From Candidatus Latescibacterota bacterium (GTDB lineage: Bacteria > Latescibacterota > UBA2968), in assembly GCA_965207885.1 (NCBI GenBank), contig OZ242311.1, forward strand, positions 4,544,001 through 4,608,000: a DNA stretch of 64,000 nucleotides, written 5' to 3'. The notes under the pieces were generated by a model. The model was not told the origin of the DNA, did no database searches, and saw only the letters and a program-made list of their open reading frames with translations. The translations under genes and the position numbers were made by a program. Of the stretch, positions 19,701 through 28,695 are shown piece after piece. Every line of letters starts with the position of its first letter. Within the stretch, counting starts at the first letter, position 1.

Positions 19701-20981
19701 ATGCCGAATATTATCATTATTACCACGCACGATACGGGGCGGCATTTTGGGTGTTATGGTGTCGATACGGTACATACGCCCGCGATTGATGCGATTGCCG
19801 ATGATGGGTTCAAGTTTACCAATTATTTTACGACGAGTCCGGTGTGTAGCCCCAGCCGGGGAGCTATGCTTACGGGACGCTATCCGCAGAGCAATGGGTT
19901 GATTGGATTGACGCATTCGCCGTGGGATTGGTGTTTTAATGAGGGGGAGCGACATCTTTCGCATATTTTGCGGGATGCGGGTTATTATACGGCTCTTTTT
20001 GGGTTGCAACACGAGGCGTCTAATACCGAGGATTTGGGTTTTGAAGCGACTTTTGCACAGCGCGATGATACTGGCCGCCGCGCAAACGCGCTTGTGGTTG
20101 CCGAGGCTCTGGGGAATTTTCTCAGGGCTAACGCGGGTTCTAAGACGCCGTTTTATGCGCAAGTCGGGTTTTTTGAGACGCATCGTCCGCACGATTTTGG
20201 CGATGTGGGACCCGATGATAGCAAGGGTATTGATGTGCCGTCTTATCTGGTTGATGACGAGACGTCGCGACGAGAACTCGCTCTACAACAGGGTGCGATC
20301 CGCCGCGTGGATGAGGCGGTTCAGATTATTGCCGATGCACTGAGAGAAAGTGGTTTGGAAGACGATACGCTGCTGGTGTTTACGGTTGATCACGGTATTG
20401 AATTTCCGAGGGCGAAGTGGTTTTGTTATGACGCGGGTATTGGCGTTGCATTGCTTATGCGCTGGCCCGGTGGGGGTGTTCGGGGGGGACAGTGCTGTGA
20501 CCATCTGCTCAGTAATGTCGATTTTTTGCCCACGCTTATGGATCTCATACAGCATCCCGTTCCGGATAATGTGGAGGGTTTGAGTTTTGCCAGTGTGTTC
20601 AAAGATCCCGATGCGGATCCCACGCGAGATGCGGCTTTTTCGATTTTTCAGGGTAGCGATAGTCGCAGTGTTCGCACCGATCGCTACAAGTTTATTCGCA
20701 ATTTCAGCCCGCGGCGCCTGATAGATGTGCCCGTGGATATGACCGATCCCCCCAGGCCGCGCATCAAACAACCGGTGGCGCAACTCTACGATCTGGAAAA
20801 TGACCCTAACGAATTTGAGGATGTAGCCGATAAACCCGAATACAGGGATGTGTATAATGCGTTGAGCCAGCGTCTGTGGCAATGGATGGAAGATGTGAAT
20901 GATCCTTCGCTCCAGAGTCCGATTCCCACGCCGTATTATTGGGAGGCGATGGCGGAATATAACACGAGAAAGGAAGGGTAA
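19701..20981 (+). CDS. Sulfatase (sulfamidase-like)
   Basis: PNIIIITTHDTG, CSPSR, FTVDHG and LYDLENDP motifs. Confidence 0.9.
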   Translation: MPNIIIITTHDTGRHFGCYGVDTVHTPAIDAIADDGFKFTNYFTTSPVCSPSRGAMLTGRYPQSNGLIGLTHSPWDWCFNEGERHLSHILRDAGYYTALFGLQHEASNTEDLGFEATFAQRDDTGRRANALVVAEALGNFLRANAGSKTPFYAQVGFFETHRPHDFGDVGPDDSKGIDVPSYLVDDETSRRELALQQGAIRRVDEAVQIIADALRESGLEDDTLLVFTVDHGIEFPRAKWFCYDAGIGVALLMRWPGGGVRGGQCCDHLLSNVDFLPTLMDLIQHPVPDNVEGLSFASVFKDPDADPTRDAAFSIFQGSDSRSVRTDRYKFIRNFSPRRLIDVPVDMTDPPRPRIKQPVAQLYDLENDPNEFEDVADKPEYRDVYNALSQRLWQWMEDVNDPSLQSPIPTPYYWEAMAEYNTRKEG

Positions 20982-22186
20982 TGTCGAAAGGAAAAATTGT
21001 AAATCTCGCGCTCGTCGGCTGTGGCGGTATTGCCGGTGGGCATCTTCGGCGGTATGGAGAGCTTATCGACAGTGGTGAAGACCGTTTTCGCATTGTGGCT
21101 ACGGTTGATAGCGATATCAGTCGCGCGCAGGCATTTGCCAATCAGATTAATGGCAAGACCGGACGGGAGGTCAATAGTTATCCTTCGGTTGAGGATCTGC
21201 TCAATTCAGAGTCCAATCTCGATGGGGCCGATATATGCAGTCCCCACGGTCTGCATCATGTGCTCGCCTGCGAGTTGCTCGAAGGCGGTGTGAATATTTT
21301 GTGTGAGAAGCCCATTGGTATAACTGTTAAAGCTACGCAAAGAATTATCGATACAGCCAGGCGTTGCAATAAGATCGCCGCGAATGCCGAACAGTGTCGC
21401 CGCAGTGTTGGGCAGCGCACGATTCACTGGGCGTTTAATGGTGGTCCGCTCGGTGAACCCAGATTGTGGTACGCCATCAGGTCGGGGTGGCAGGATCCCG
21501 CGAATTATCCCGATTGGCACTGGCGCGTGGATCGCAAACTCGGCGGTTGCGGAATGGTTATGGATAGCGGTGCGCACTGGGTAGATACCATGCGCTACTG
21601 GTTTGGGGAAGTGGAGAGTGTTTATGCGCGTGTGGAGCAAATGGAACAACGTCCACATAAGAAAGGCGAGGATCTGGTCGATGATAGTCGCGAGGATTTT
21701 TGGACCAGTATTTTCAATTTTGAAAGTGGCGTGATCGGCACGTGGTCGTGGACGGTTAGCGCGCCGGGGAAGGGTTTTACACAACTCAATCTCACGGGGA
21801 GCAAGGGCACGATTGTCGAGAGCGATATTTTTCATCCGGCGGCTTCTCAGGCGCGCGGCGAGTGCCATTTTGTTGATGGCACGGCTTATGGCGTGTCCCA
21901 GCTTCAGGATATGTTTCTGGGTTCACTGAGTCAGGGCGAAAAGGATCGCCTCTTTCCCTATGGGCTAACCGATGGCATGGCGATTGAGTTGTGGGATTTT
22001 ATCGATGCTCTGAGTATTGGACGCGGTGTGGAAATCGATGCCGAAGAGGGGCTTAAGAGCAAGGCCGTGAGTGAGGCTATTTACGAGTCTGGGAAAAGCG
22101 GACAGGTCGTCAAGGTGGGCGATGTGATATCCGGCGAGGTTTGTGCGTATCAGCAGGATATTGATCAGATGTGGGGGTTGGCGTAA
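20981..22186 (+). CDS. Gfo/Idh/MocA oxidoreductase
   Basis: VGCGGIA Rossmann motif, CEKP and DSGAHWVD. Confidence 0.9.
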   Translation: MSKGKIVNLALVGCGGIAGGHLRRYGELIDSGEDRFRIVATVDSDISRAQAFANQINGKTGREVNSYPSVEDLLNSESNLDGADICSPHGLHHVLACELLEGGVNILCEKPIGITVKATQRIIDTARRCNKIAANAEQCRRSVGQRTIHWAFNGGPLGEPRLWYAIRSGWQDPANYPDWHWRVDRKLGGCGMVMDSGAHWVDTMRYWFGEVESVYARVEQMEQRPHKKGEDLVDDSREDFWTSIFNFESGVIGTWSWTVSAPGKGFTQLNLTGSKGTIVESDIFHPAASQARGECHFVDGTAYGVSQLQDMFLGSLSQGEKDRLFPYGLTDGMAIELWDFIDALSIGRGVEIDAEEGLKSKAVSEAIYESGKSGQVVKVGDVISGEVCAYQQDIDQMWGLA

Positions 22187-22209
22187 GGGTTGGATGGGTG
22201 ACTGCTGAA

Positions 22210-22251
22210 AAAACAGGCCGCGATCCCTTGAGACCGTGGCCTGTTTTGTTT
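22210..22251 (+). terminator. Intrinsic terminator
   Basis: AAAACAGGCCGCG...CGTGGCCTGTTTTGTTT between convergent genes. Confidence 0.65.
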
Positions 22252-22336
22252 CCTCTCATTTGGCTGTACCACTCAACACTAACTCAGGTTTGTTGCCTTT
22301 CATCGGTGTTTATCTGTGTTTATCGGTGGTTGCTTT

Positions 22337-22729
22337 TCACGCCTTTCCCGGACGACCTATTTCGATGAGGTTGCCATCCGGGTCGTGTACAAAAACATAG
22401 CGCGTGCCGTCGTGTGGGCGCACGCCGGGACCGGAGGCAACGCGCACGCGTTCGCGGTCGAGCGAGGTGATGACGCGATCGAAGTCGGCGACTTCAAAGG
22501 CGATGTGGCGTCGCGAGGGACGGGGGTATTCTTCTGCGAGGATCAGGTGGATTTCGATGTCGCCACAGCGATACCAGGCACCAGCAAAGTCGTAATCTGG
22601 CCGGGGAATGGGTTGCAGCCCCAGGAGCTTTTCGTAAAATGCCGATGCGCGCTCGAGGTTACCTGTAACCAATGTGATATGGCTGACGCGCGTGATGCCC
22701 AGGCCAGCCGATTCCATGCGATTGGCCAC
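22337..22729 (-). CDS. VOC/glyoxalase family protein
   Basis: VSHITL, FYEKLLGL, HIAFEV and DPDGNLIEI motifs. Confidence 0.9.
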   Translation of the reverse strand: MANRMESAGLGITRVSHITLVTGNLERASAFYEKLLGLQPIPRPDYDFAGAWYRCGDIEIHLILAEEYPRPSRRHIAFEVADFDRVITSLDRERVRVASGPGVRPHDGTRYVFVHDPDGNLIEIGRPGKA

Positions 22730-22733
22730 CGGA

Positions 22734-23615
22734 TCAATTCTCCATCAATAAGGTTCTCATTTTACGCATGCGCGAGGGATGTTTGAGTGCTGCCAGGGCT
22801 TTGTCGCGTATTTGGCGCACGCGCTCTTTGGTCAGGTTGAGGATGTTGCCAATTTGCTCCAGTGTCATTGTTTCACCGCTGTTAATGCCAAAATAGAGGC
22901 GTAACACGCGGGCGTCGCGCGGAGCCAATGTGTTGAGTGCGGTGCGTATTTCCTCAGCCATAGAGCTTTCGAGCATGGCCTCTTCAGGGGTTTCCTGATC
23001 GTTGTCTGACAACATTTCCAGCAAGCTGGTGTCAGGGCCGTCTTCAAGGGGCATGTCGTATGAGATATGCCACCGCGAAGCGCTGAGGAGGTCTTGCACT
23101 TGTTTGGGTTGAAGTTCGGCCTGTGCAGCGATTTCTTCAACACGCGGTTCGCGCCCCAGCGATTGTTTGAGTTCTGAGGATATGCGTTCCAATTTGCTCA
23201 GGTGTTTGATTTTGTTGACGGGCAGTCGCACCATGCGGGCTTTTTCTGCCAATGCCGATAAGATGCCCTGCCGAATCCACCAGACTGCATACGTGGTGAA
23301 TTTGACGCCAACGGTTTCGTCATAGCGGGTGGCTGCGCGAACAAGACCCATGTTGCCTTCGGCGATGAGGTCTTCCAGGAGCAGGCCGCGTCCCTGATAT
23401 TCTTTGGCTATGGTAATGACGAATCGCAAATTGGATTCGATCATTTTATTGAGACTTTTGCGGTCTCCTTTGCGAATGCGCTTGGCCAGGTCAATTTCTT
23501 CTTGTGGCGTGAGCAATTCGCTATAGGCGATGTCTTTGAAATAGAGTTCCAGTGCGGAACTACTGCCTCCATTTGTTCCGTTTGAGGTCCTGTAACTCAT
23601 AAGTGCGGCAGACAT
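22734..23615 (-). CDS. RNA polymerase sigma-70 factor, short RpoD/SigA-like without region 1.1
   Basis: SNLRFVITIAKEY, KFTTYAVWWIRQ and TLEQIG...TKERVRQI. Confidence 0.92.
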   Translation of the reverse strand: MSAALMSYRTSNGTNGGSSSALELYFKDIAYSELLTPQEEIDLAKRIRKGDRKSLNKMIESNLRFVITIAKEYQGRGLLLEDLIAEGNMGLVRAATRYDETVGVKFTTYAVWWIRQGILSALAEKARMVRLPVNKIKHLSKLERISSELKQSLGREPRVEEIAAQAELQPKQVQDLLSASRWHISYDMPLEDGPDTSLLEMLSDNDQETPEEAMLESSMAEEIRTALNTLAPRDARVLRLYFGINSGETMTLEQIGNILNLTKERVRQIRDKALAALKHPSRMRKMRTLLMEN

Positions 23616-23923
23616 GTATTTCCCCCGTGACTGAGATATCGACTCTCTTGATCGAGTGTCTTGTGTTTCAACTCGTCAAAGGTTCACAATAAGTACTGTG
23701 ACACCTTCCGACTCCTGTATGGGAGAGAATCGGTTGTTGCCAGAATATACGGCGCATCGATCATGGGGATACCAATGGCCCGATTATATGACAACTTAGA
23801 TAAGGGGAGTGTCGCTTTGGGGAGTTGATCTGGATGGGGAAACGACCACGGGCCGCAGGGGAGCGGTGTGCTCGACCAAATCACAGTGTGTGGGCAAGTA
23901 TTGAGGGGAAAGATAATACTTGA
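23616..23923 (-). ncRNA. Putative structured 5' leader or sRNA with repeated UCCCC loop motifs
   Basis: Six UCCCC and one UCCC, mostly in hairpin loops, plus long-range helices whose G-U pairs work only on the minus strand. Confidence 0.55.
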
Positions 23924-23929
23924 GCAGAC

Positions 23930-23958
23930 AAGATAGCGGATTCAATTCTGTAATGCAA
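23930..23958 (-). promoter_or_regulatory. Putative sigma70 promoter of the sigma-factor leader
   Basis: TTGCAT-17 nt-TATCTT; a second candidate TTGACA-17 nt-TATTTT lies at 24068-24040. Confidence 0.55.
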
Positions 23959-24101
23959 CTATTTTTCTATGCCATTCTCCTGATATTTTGCAACGCAAAG
24001 CCATATTTTTAGATGAAATACTTATTGGCATATTGAGAGAAAATAATAAATAGAATTTCATTTGTCAATAAATAACTCTTGTTTAACGAGTTACAGGCTT
24101 G

Positions 24102-24620
24102 CTACTGGTCCTCGGCAGTAGAGGTGCCGTTGAGTTGTCGCTGGGCGAGGTCGCGGTCGAGCAAAAACAAACCATTGCCCTCTATGCCGACCAGCTTGAT
24201 CGTGTCGATTAATTCCCTGACAATGGCTTCTTCTTCGACCTGTTCGGCAATAAACCACTGGAGAAAGGTATGGGTGGCGTGGTCGCGTTCGGACAGGGCG
24301 AGATCGGCGATGTTGTAGATGCTTTGAGAGACTCTTTGCTCCTGGGCAAGGGAATCTTCAAATACTTCTAATGGGTTGTCCCAGCATTGTTTTGGGGTAT
24401 CAATGGCGCTAAAACGTATATCGGCCTCCCGGTCGTCGAGAAAATCGTATATCTTCATTCCATGGGTGAGTTCTTCCTGGGCTTGAACGCGCATCCAATG
24501 GGCAAAGCCATTGAGATTTTGCGTGAGAAAATACGCGGACATCGCCAGATAACTATAAGCCGAGTAATATTCCATATTGAGTTGCTCATTGAGCGCGGCG
24601 TTTATGTTTGTGTTAATCAT
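24102..24620 (-). CDS. ftnA: Non-heme ferritin
   Basis: LNEQLNMEYYSAYSY, EELTH and DHATHTFLQWFIAEQVEEE; AGGAGG RBS before ATG 24620. Confidence 0.92.
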   Translation of the reverse strand: MINTNINAALNEQLNMEYYSAYSYLAMSAYFLTQNLNGFAHWMRVQAQEELTHGMKIYDFLDDREADIRFSAIDTPKQCWDNPLEVFEDSLAQEQRVSQSIYNIADLALSERDHATHTFLQWFIAEQVEEEAIVRELIDTIKLVGIEGNGLFLLDRDLAQRQLNGTSTAEDQ

Positions 24621-24883
24621 GGTGTCCTCCTGTTGCGAGAGGGAGAAAAAAGGAGTATCCAAAAGGGGGGGGATAAGTATAAGAAAAATATGGATTTTGT
24701 CAACCTATTAAAATAACTGATTGATTATACTTTGGTTATAGAAGAAATTCCCAATGGTGTAGTGAATTTTTCTGTTGATTCTTTTTGAGAAATTGCGTAA
24801 AACTTTAGTAACTTCTAAACACGGAGCATTTGATTACCCCAGTGTGGCCCATAAGTCACCCAACAGGAGGTTTGTTTTTTGTT

Positions 24884-25366
24884 ATGATTCCCAAGAAGGT
24901 CCTCATGGCTTTGAACGAGCAACTCAATTTTGAGTTCCATTCGGCATTTCACTATCTCGCCATGGAGACGTATTTTCACGAGGTAAATCTGCACGGGTTT
25001 GCCCATTATATGCGCGAGCAATACAAAGAAGAACGGCAGCACGCGCTCAAGATTGTGGATTATATCAATGCGCGAAACTGTCGGGTCCTGCTCAAGCAGA
25101 TCGCCGAACCGCCTTCTGAGTGGGCATCACCTCTGGAGGTTTTTGAAGATGCGCATCAGCAGGAGCAGAAATCCAGTGGGATGATCAATGATCTGGTCGA
25201 TCTCTCACTGAATGAGCGCGACCATGCAACGGAGATTTTCTTGAAGTGGTTTATCGAGAAACAGGTAGAAGAGGAGGCGCAAATCAGCAGTATTGTGCAA
25301 AAGTTGAAGCTGGTGGGCGATGACGCTTATGGTCTGTTTTTACTGGATCGAGATATGGGGGGATAG
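24884..25366 (+). CDS. ftnA: Non-heme ferritin, second divergent paralog
   Basis: LNEQLNFEFHSAFHY, EERQH and DHATEIFLKWFIEKQVEEE; AGGAGG upstream. Confidence 0.9.
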   Translation: MIPKKVLMALNEQLNFEFHSAFHYLAMETYFHEVNLHGFAHYMREQYKEERQHALKIVDYINARNCRVLLKQIAEPPSEWASPLEVFEDAHQQEQKSSGMINDLVDLSLNERDHATEIFLKWFIEKQVEEEAQISSIVQKLKLVGDDAYGLFLLDRDMGG

Positions 25367-25410
25367 ATACTTGTGTCCACAGGCAGACTGAATACAGAAG
25401 CACTAAAGAG

Positions 25411-25444
25411 AAGCACCCTCAGCATATCGGAGGGTGCTTTTTTT
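25411..25444 (+). terminator. Intrinsic terminator after ferritin 2
   Basis: AAGCACCCTC-loop-GAGGGTGCTT followed by a T tract. Confidence 0.8.
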
Positions 25445-25612
25445 CAGGTATTATAAATAGCGTTAGGATCCGTCCAGTATTTACAGATGGAAGGCCAGTG
25501 ACAGACCCCATTTGTAACTGTCACTGGCCCCGGGCCGGGCATTGAGTGTAAGAGGAGGCTTGCTTTTGCCCGGCTTATACAATGGCAAAATATTCGATAT
25601 AATTTCCTTTTT

Positions 25613-26395
25613 TTAGATGGGTACAATGAGTGGAAATTTTTTAACGGGATGGATAATTTGCTGTACGCGAATATCAAATGCATCTGAAACTACGTCTGGC
25701 GTCAATACCTGATTGGGAGCACCACTGGCCACTTGTTCGCCATTTTTCAACACATGTACCTCGTCGGCATATTGGGAAGCTAAGTTGAGGTCGTGCAACA
25801 CGCAGAGTACACCTGTTTCATTGCTGGCCCATTTTCGTGCCAGTTGCAATACCTGATGTTGATGCGATAAATCCAGGCTTGTCGTTGGTTCGTCCAGCAG
25901 CAGATATCGCCCTGCGGTGAGATGTTTGTCCCAAATTTGGGCCAGTACGCGTGCAAATTGCACCCGCTGTTGCTCTCCTCCCGATAGTGTTGGATAAACG
26001 CGCTGTTCCAGGTGCGCCACGCCTACCCATTTCAAAGCCTCCTGTGCAATTTCATAATCCCGCGCGCTTTCTATGCCTTTTACGTGTGGGAAGCGCCCCA
26101 TGAGCACCACGTCTAAAACGCGGAAGGGGAAAGTCAAAAAAGATTGCTGCGGCAAGATCGCGCGCTGTTTCGCACATTCAACAGGTGTTAAATCGGCAAT
26201 CGGACACCCATCTATCCTGACCGTTCCCTCAGAGGGGACCCACTCACCACACATCACTTTTACCAATGTGGATTTGCCCGCGCCATTTGGTCCGAGCACG
26301 GCTACAACTTTGCCCGGTGCGATCTGGATCGAAACGCGTTTGAGCAGATGGTGCCCATCTATTAGAACAGAAACCTGGCGCGCTTCAAACATCAA
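25613..26395 (-). CDS. hmuV: Heme ABC transporter ATPase
   Basis: GPNGAGKST, YPTLSGGEQQRVQFARVLAQ, LLLDEPT and VLHDLNLA. Confidence 0.9.
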   Translation of the reverse strand: MMFEARQVSVLIDGHHLLKRVSIQIAPGKVVAVLGPNGAGKSTLVKVMCGEWVPSEGTVRIDGCPIADLTPVECAKQRAILPQQSFLTFPFRVLDVVLMGRFPHVKGIESARDYEIAQEALKWVGVAHLEQRVYPTLSGGEQQRVQFARVLAQIWDKHLTAGRYLLLDEPTTSLDLSHQHQVLQLARKWASNETGVLCVLHDLNLASQYADEVHVLKNGEQVASGAPNQVLTPDVVSDAFDIRVQQIIHPVKKFPLIVPI

Positions 26396-27492
26396 AACAC
26401 CTGTCGGTTGCGATTTTGTAGTAATAAAAAGAGGAAAAAGGGTACGCCGATGACTGCTGTTACAATGCCTATGGGCAATTCGGCAGGTGCGACAAGCGTG
26501 CGTGCTACCAGATCAGCGGCCATCAATAGAGAAGCTCCCAGGAGTGCTGCCCCCGGGATTAAGTAGCGATGATCTGGCCCAATTGACAACCGCAGAAGGT
26601 GCGGCACCACCAGGCCGACAAATCCGATTATGCCCACCACAGAAACCGATGCACCCACAGCCAGTGCAGCCAGTGTCACCACTTCGCGCTTCATGCGTTC
26701 GATAGATACGCCCAGATGTCTGGCTTCGGCTTCGCCCAATAAAAAGATGTTGAGCGCGCGTCCATAGAGACCGAGCAAACAGACCGATATAATAATAAAA
26801 GGCGTTACTACGCTCACCGAGGTCCAGGTCGCGCCACCCATGTTGCCCATGCTCCAGAATGTGATATTGCGCAACTGGGCATCTGTTGCCACAAATGTCA
26901 ATAAACCCGTTAATGCACCGCTCAACGCATTGATGGCAATGCCGGCCAACAGCATTGTTGCCACAGCTACGCGTCCACTTGTCGCGGACAATTGATAGAC
27001 CAATAGTGTTGCAGCGACTCCACCGATAAATGCGGCAATGGGCAGTGTATAGTCGCCCAAAATCTCCGATAGGCCCTTCAGTACAGTCGCGCCCAGGACA
27101 ATTACCGATACCGCAGCTAATGCGGCGCCACTTGACACGCCGATCAAACCGGGGTCGGCCAATGGGTTGCGGAAAAGCCCCTGCATGGCAGCGCCTGATA
27201 CAGCCAATCCGGCTCCGACGAGCACATTCAACAGGACTCTCGGCAGCCGAATGGCGACGACAACGGCTTCCTGGTGCGATTGAAATGTTTGCTCAACAGA
27301 AAACCCCATTCGTTTTGCAAAGATCGACAAAACCTGTGCGGGTGTAACGGATACTGCGCCAATGCCCACCGAGGCCACTACCAGTACGCATAGCAATACG
27401 CACAGTGCCAGCAATATCAGAGAGGTTCGTTTTATTTGTAAGCGAGAAATGCGAATACCATCCCGTTGTAAAACTGTTGGTGCCGCGCTCAT
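26392..27492 (-). CDS. hmuU: Heme ABC transporter permease (FecCD family)
   Basis: IRLPRV, QGLFRNPLADPGLIGVSSGA and LGEAEARHLG. Confidence 0.88.
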   Translation of the reverse strand: MSAAPTVLQRDGIRISRLQIKRTSLILLALCVLLCVLVVASVGIGAVSVTPAQVLSIFAKRMGFSVEQTFQSHQEAVVVAIRLPRVLLNVLVGAGLAVSGAAMQGLFRNPLADPGLIGVSSGAALAAVSVIVLGATVLKGLSEILGDYTLPIAAFIGGVAATLLVYQLSATSGRVAVATMLLAGIAINALSGALTGLLTFVATDAQLRNITFWSMGNMGGATWTSVSVVTPFIIISVCLLGLYGRALNIFLLGEAEARHLGVSIERMKREVVTLAALAVGASVSVVGIIGFVGLVVPHLLRLSIGPDHRYLIPGAALLGASLLMAADLVARTLVAPAELPIGIVTAVIGVPFFLFLLLQNRNRQVF

Positions 27493-28346
27493 GACCCATC
27501 TTTCAATTGTGGGTGTAATAGATGAGACAGGTCGCGCACTGCATCGGCCAATCGGGGACCGAATCCCAACAGATAAATGCCATTCATCGTCACAATGCGC
27601 CGTTCCTGTCCGGCCGGTGTCAATGCTACGCCGGGTACTTTGAGCAGATCATCTATATCACCCAGGCTTTCCAGTCCGCTTTCGAGCATCAAAATGACAT
27701 CGGGTGCCGCAGCGACTACTGCCTCAGATGTTAAAGGTTTATATCCGTCGTATTCGGTCACGGCATTCACGCCACCTGACAGATTGATCATGGTATGGGC
27801 AGATGTATTTTTGCCCGATACTAACATTGTGCCCTGTCCGCGTGCATAGATAAATAATACGCGGGGACGCGGAGATACTTTCGCGAGCAATTGGCGCGTT
27901 TGTTGCATATCGTCAGATAATTTTTGTGCGAGAGCCTCCCCTTTTTCCGTCTTTTCTATCGCGCTGGCAATCACACGGATCTTTGTTAAAGCCACATCTA
28001 CGCTATGTGAGTCGGGCAGTACCACGACCCGTACGTCGGCCTGGCGAATTTGTTCCAGGGCCGCGGGTGGTCCAGCATCTGCACTGACCAATACCAGGGT
28101 CGGATTTAGAGACAGCACGCCTTCGGCTGAGAGCCGACGCTGGTATCCCACTTTGGGCAGGGATGTCGCGGCTTCGGGATATTGGCTGGATGTATCTACA
28201 CCTACCAGGAGTGAATCGGCGGCGAGTGCGTACACAATCTCTGTGACGTCGCCACCTACCGATACGACGCGCTGTACGTGTTCATCGGTATGGCCTTGTG
28301 TGAATAATCCACAACACAGGATTAGAAGAATGATTACGCGACGCAT
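27489..28346 (-). CDS. hmuT: Heme ABC transporter substrate-binding protein
   Basis: TEIVYAL, VGVDTSS, VGYQRRLSAEG (Tyr heme ligand) and LLGFGPR. Confidence 0.88.
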   Translation of the reverse strand: MRRVIILLILCCGLFTQGHTDEHVQRVVSVGGDVTEIVYALAADSLLVGVDTSSQYPEAATSLPKVGYQRRLSAEGVLSLNPTLVLVSADAGPPAALEQIRQADVRVVVLPDSHSVDVALTKIRVIASAIEKTEKGEALAQKLSDDMQQTRQLLAKVSPRPRVLFIYARGQGTMLVSGKNTSAHTMINLSGGVNAVTEYDGYKPLTSEAVVAAAPDVILMLESGLESLGDIDDLLKVPGVALTPAGQERRIVTMNGIYLLGFGPRLADAVRDLSHLLHPQLKDGS

Positions 28347-28669
28347 TAGACCGTCTCCTTGCGCTCAGAGTCCAGAAAAACCTCGTGAATCTCCAATTGG
28401 TTTGAACCTGTAAACGCCTCTTTGGGCAACGATCCCGACCTGGCATGGCCTTTTTGAAATGCCTCGGAATTGACCCAGTTTTTGAAATGCTCGTGCGATT
28501 CCCAAAAGGTGAGCACGATATAGGGGTGATCCTTTTTTTTGGGGCGTAATACTTTGTTGGAGATAAAACCCGGCATGCCATCCACCAGGTGTGCTCGATT
28601 GCGAAAACGCTCTTCAAATTGCTCGGCGTATTCTGGATTTACAAAAATGCGATTGGCAACGGCTACCAT
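28346..28669 (-). CDS. ABM-family heme-degrading monooxygenase (IsdG/MhuD/HmoA-like)
   Basis: Asn (VANRI), Trp (TFWES) and His (FQKGH) of the IsdG triad are present; AGGAGG RBS before ATG 28669. Confidence 0.8.
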   Translation of the reverse strand: MVAVANRIFVNPEYAEQFEERFRNRAHLVDGMPGFISNKVLRPKKKDHPYIVLTFWESHEHFKNWVNSEAFQKGHARSGSLPKEAFTGSNQLEIHEVFLDSERKETV

Positions 28670-28695
28670 AACAGACCTCCTGTCTCGTGTTTCAA

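Noticed and set aside
23684-23884. 66-aa ORF in the sigma leader
   Set aside because: GTG start without an SD, and a Pro-rich composition explained by the UCCCC repeats.
23721-23909. Plus-strand GGA-rich CsrB/RsmZ-like sRNA or G-quadruplex reading
   Set aside because: Stems need G-U pairs that form only on the minus strand, and the promoter points that way. A DNA G4 role cannot be fully excluded.
24040-24068. Possible Fur box near the ferritin/sigma promoters
   Set aside because: Only about half the consensus positions match, in AT-rich DNA.
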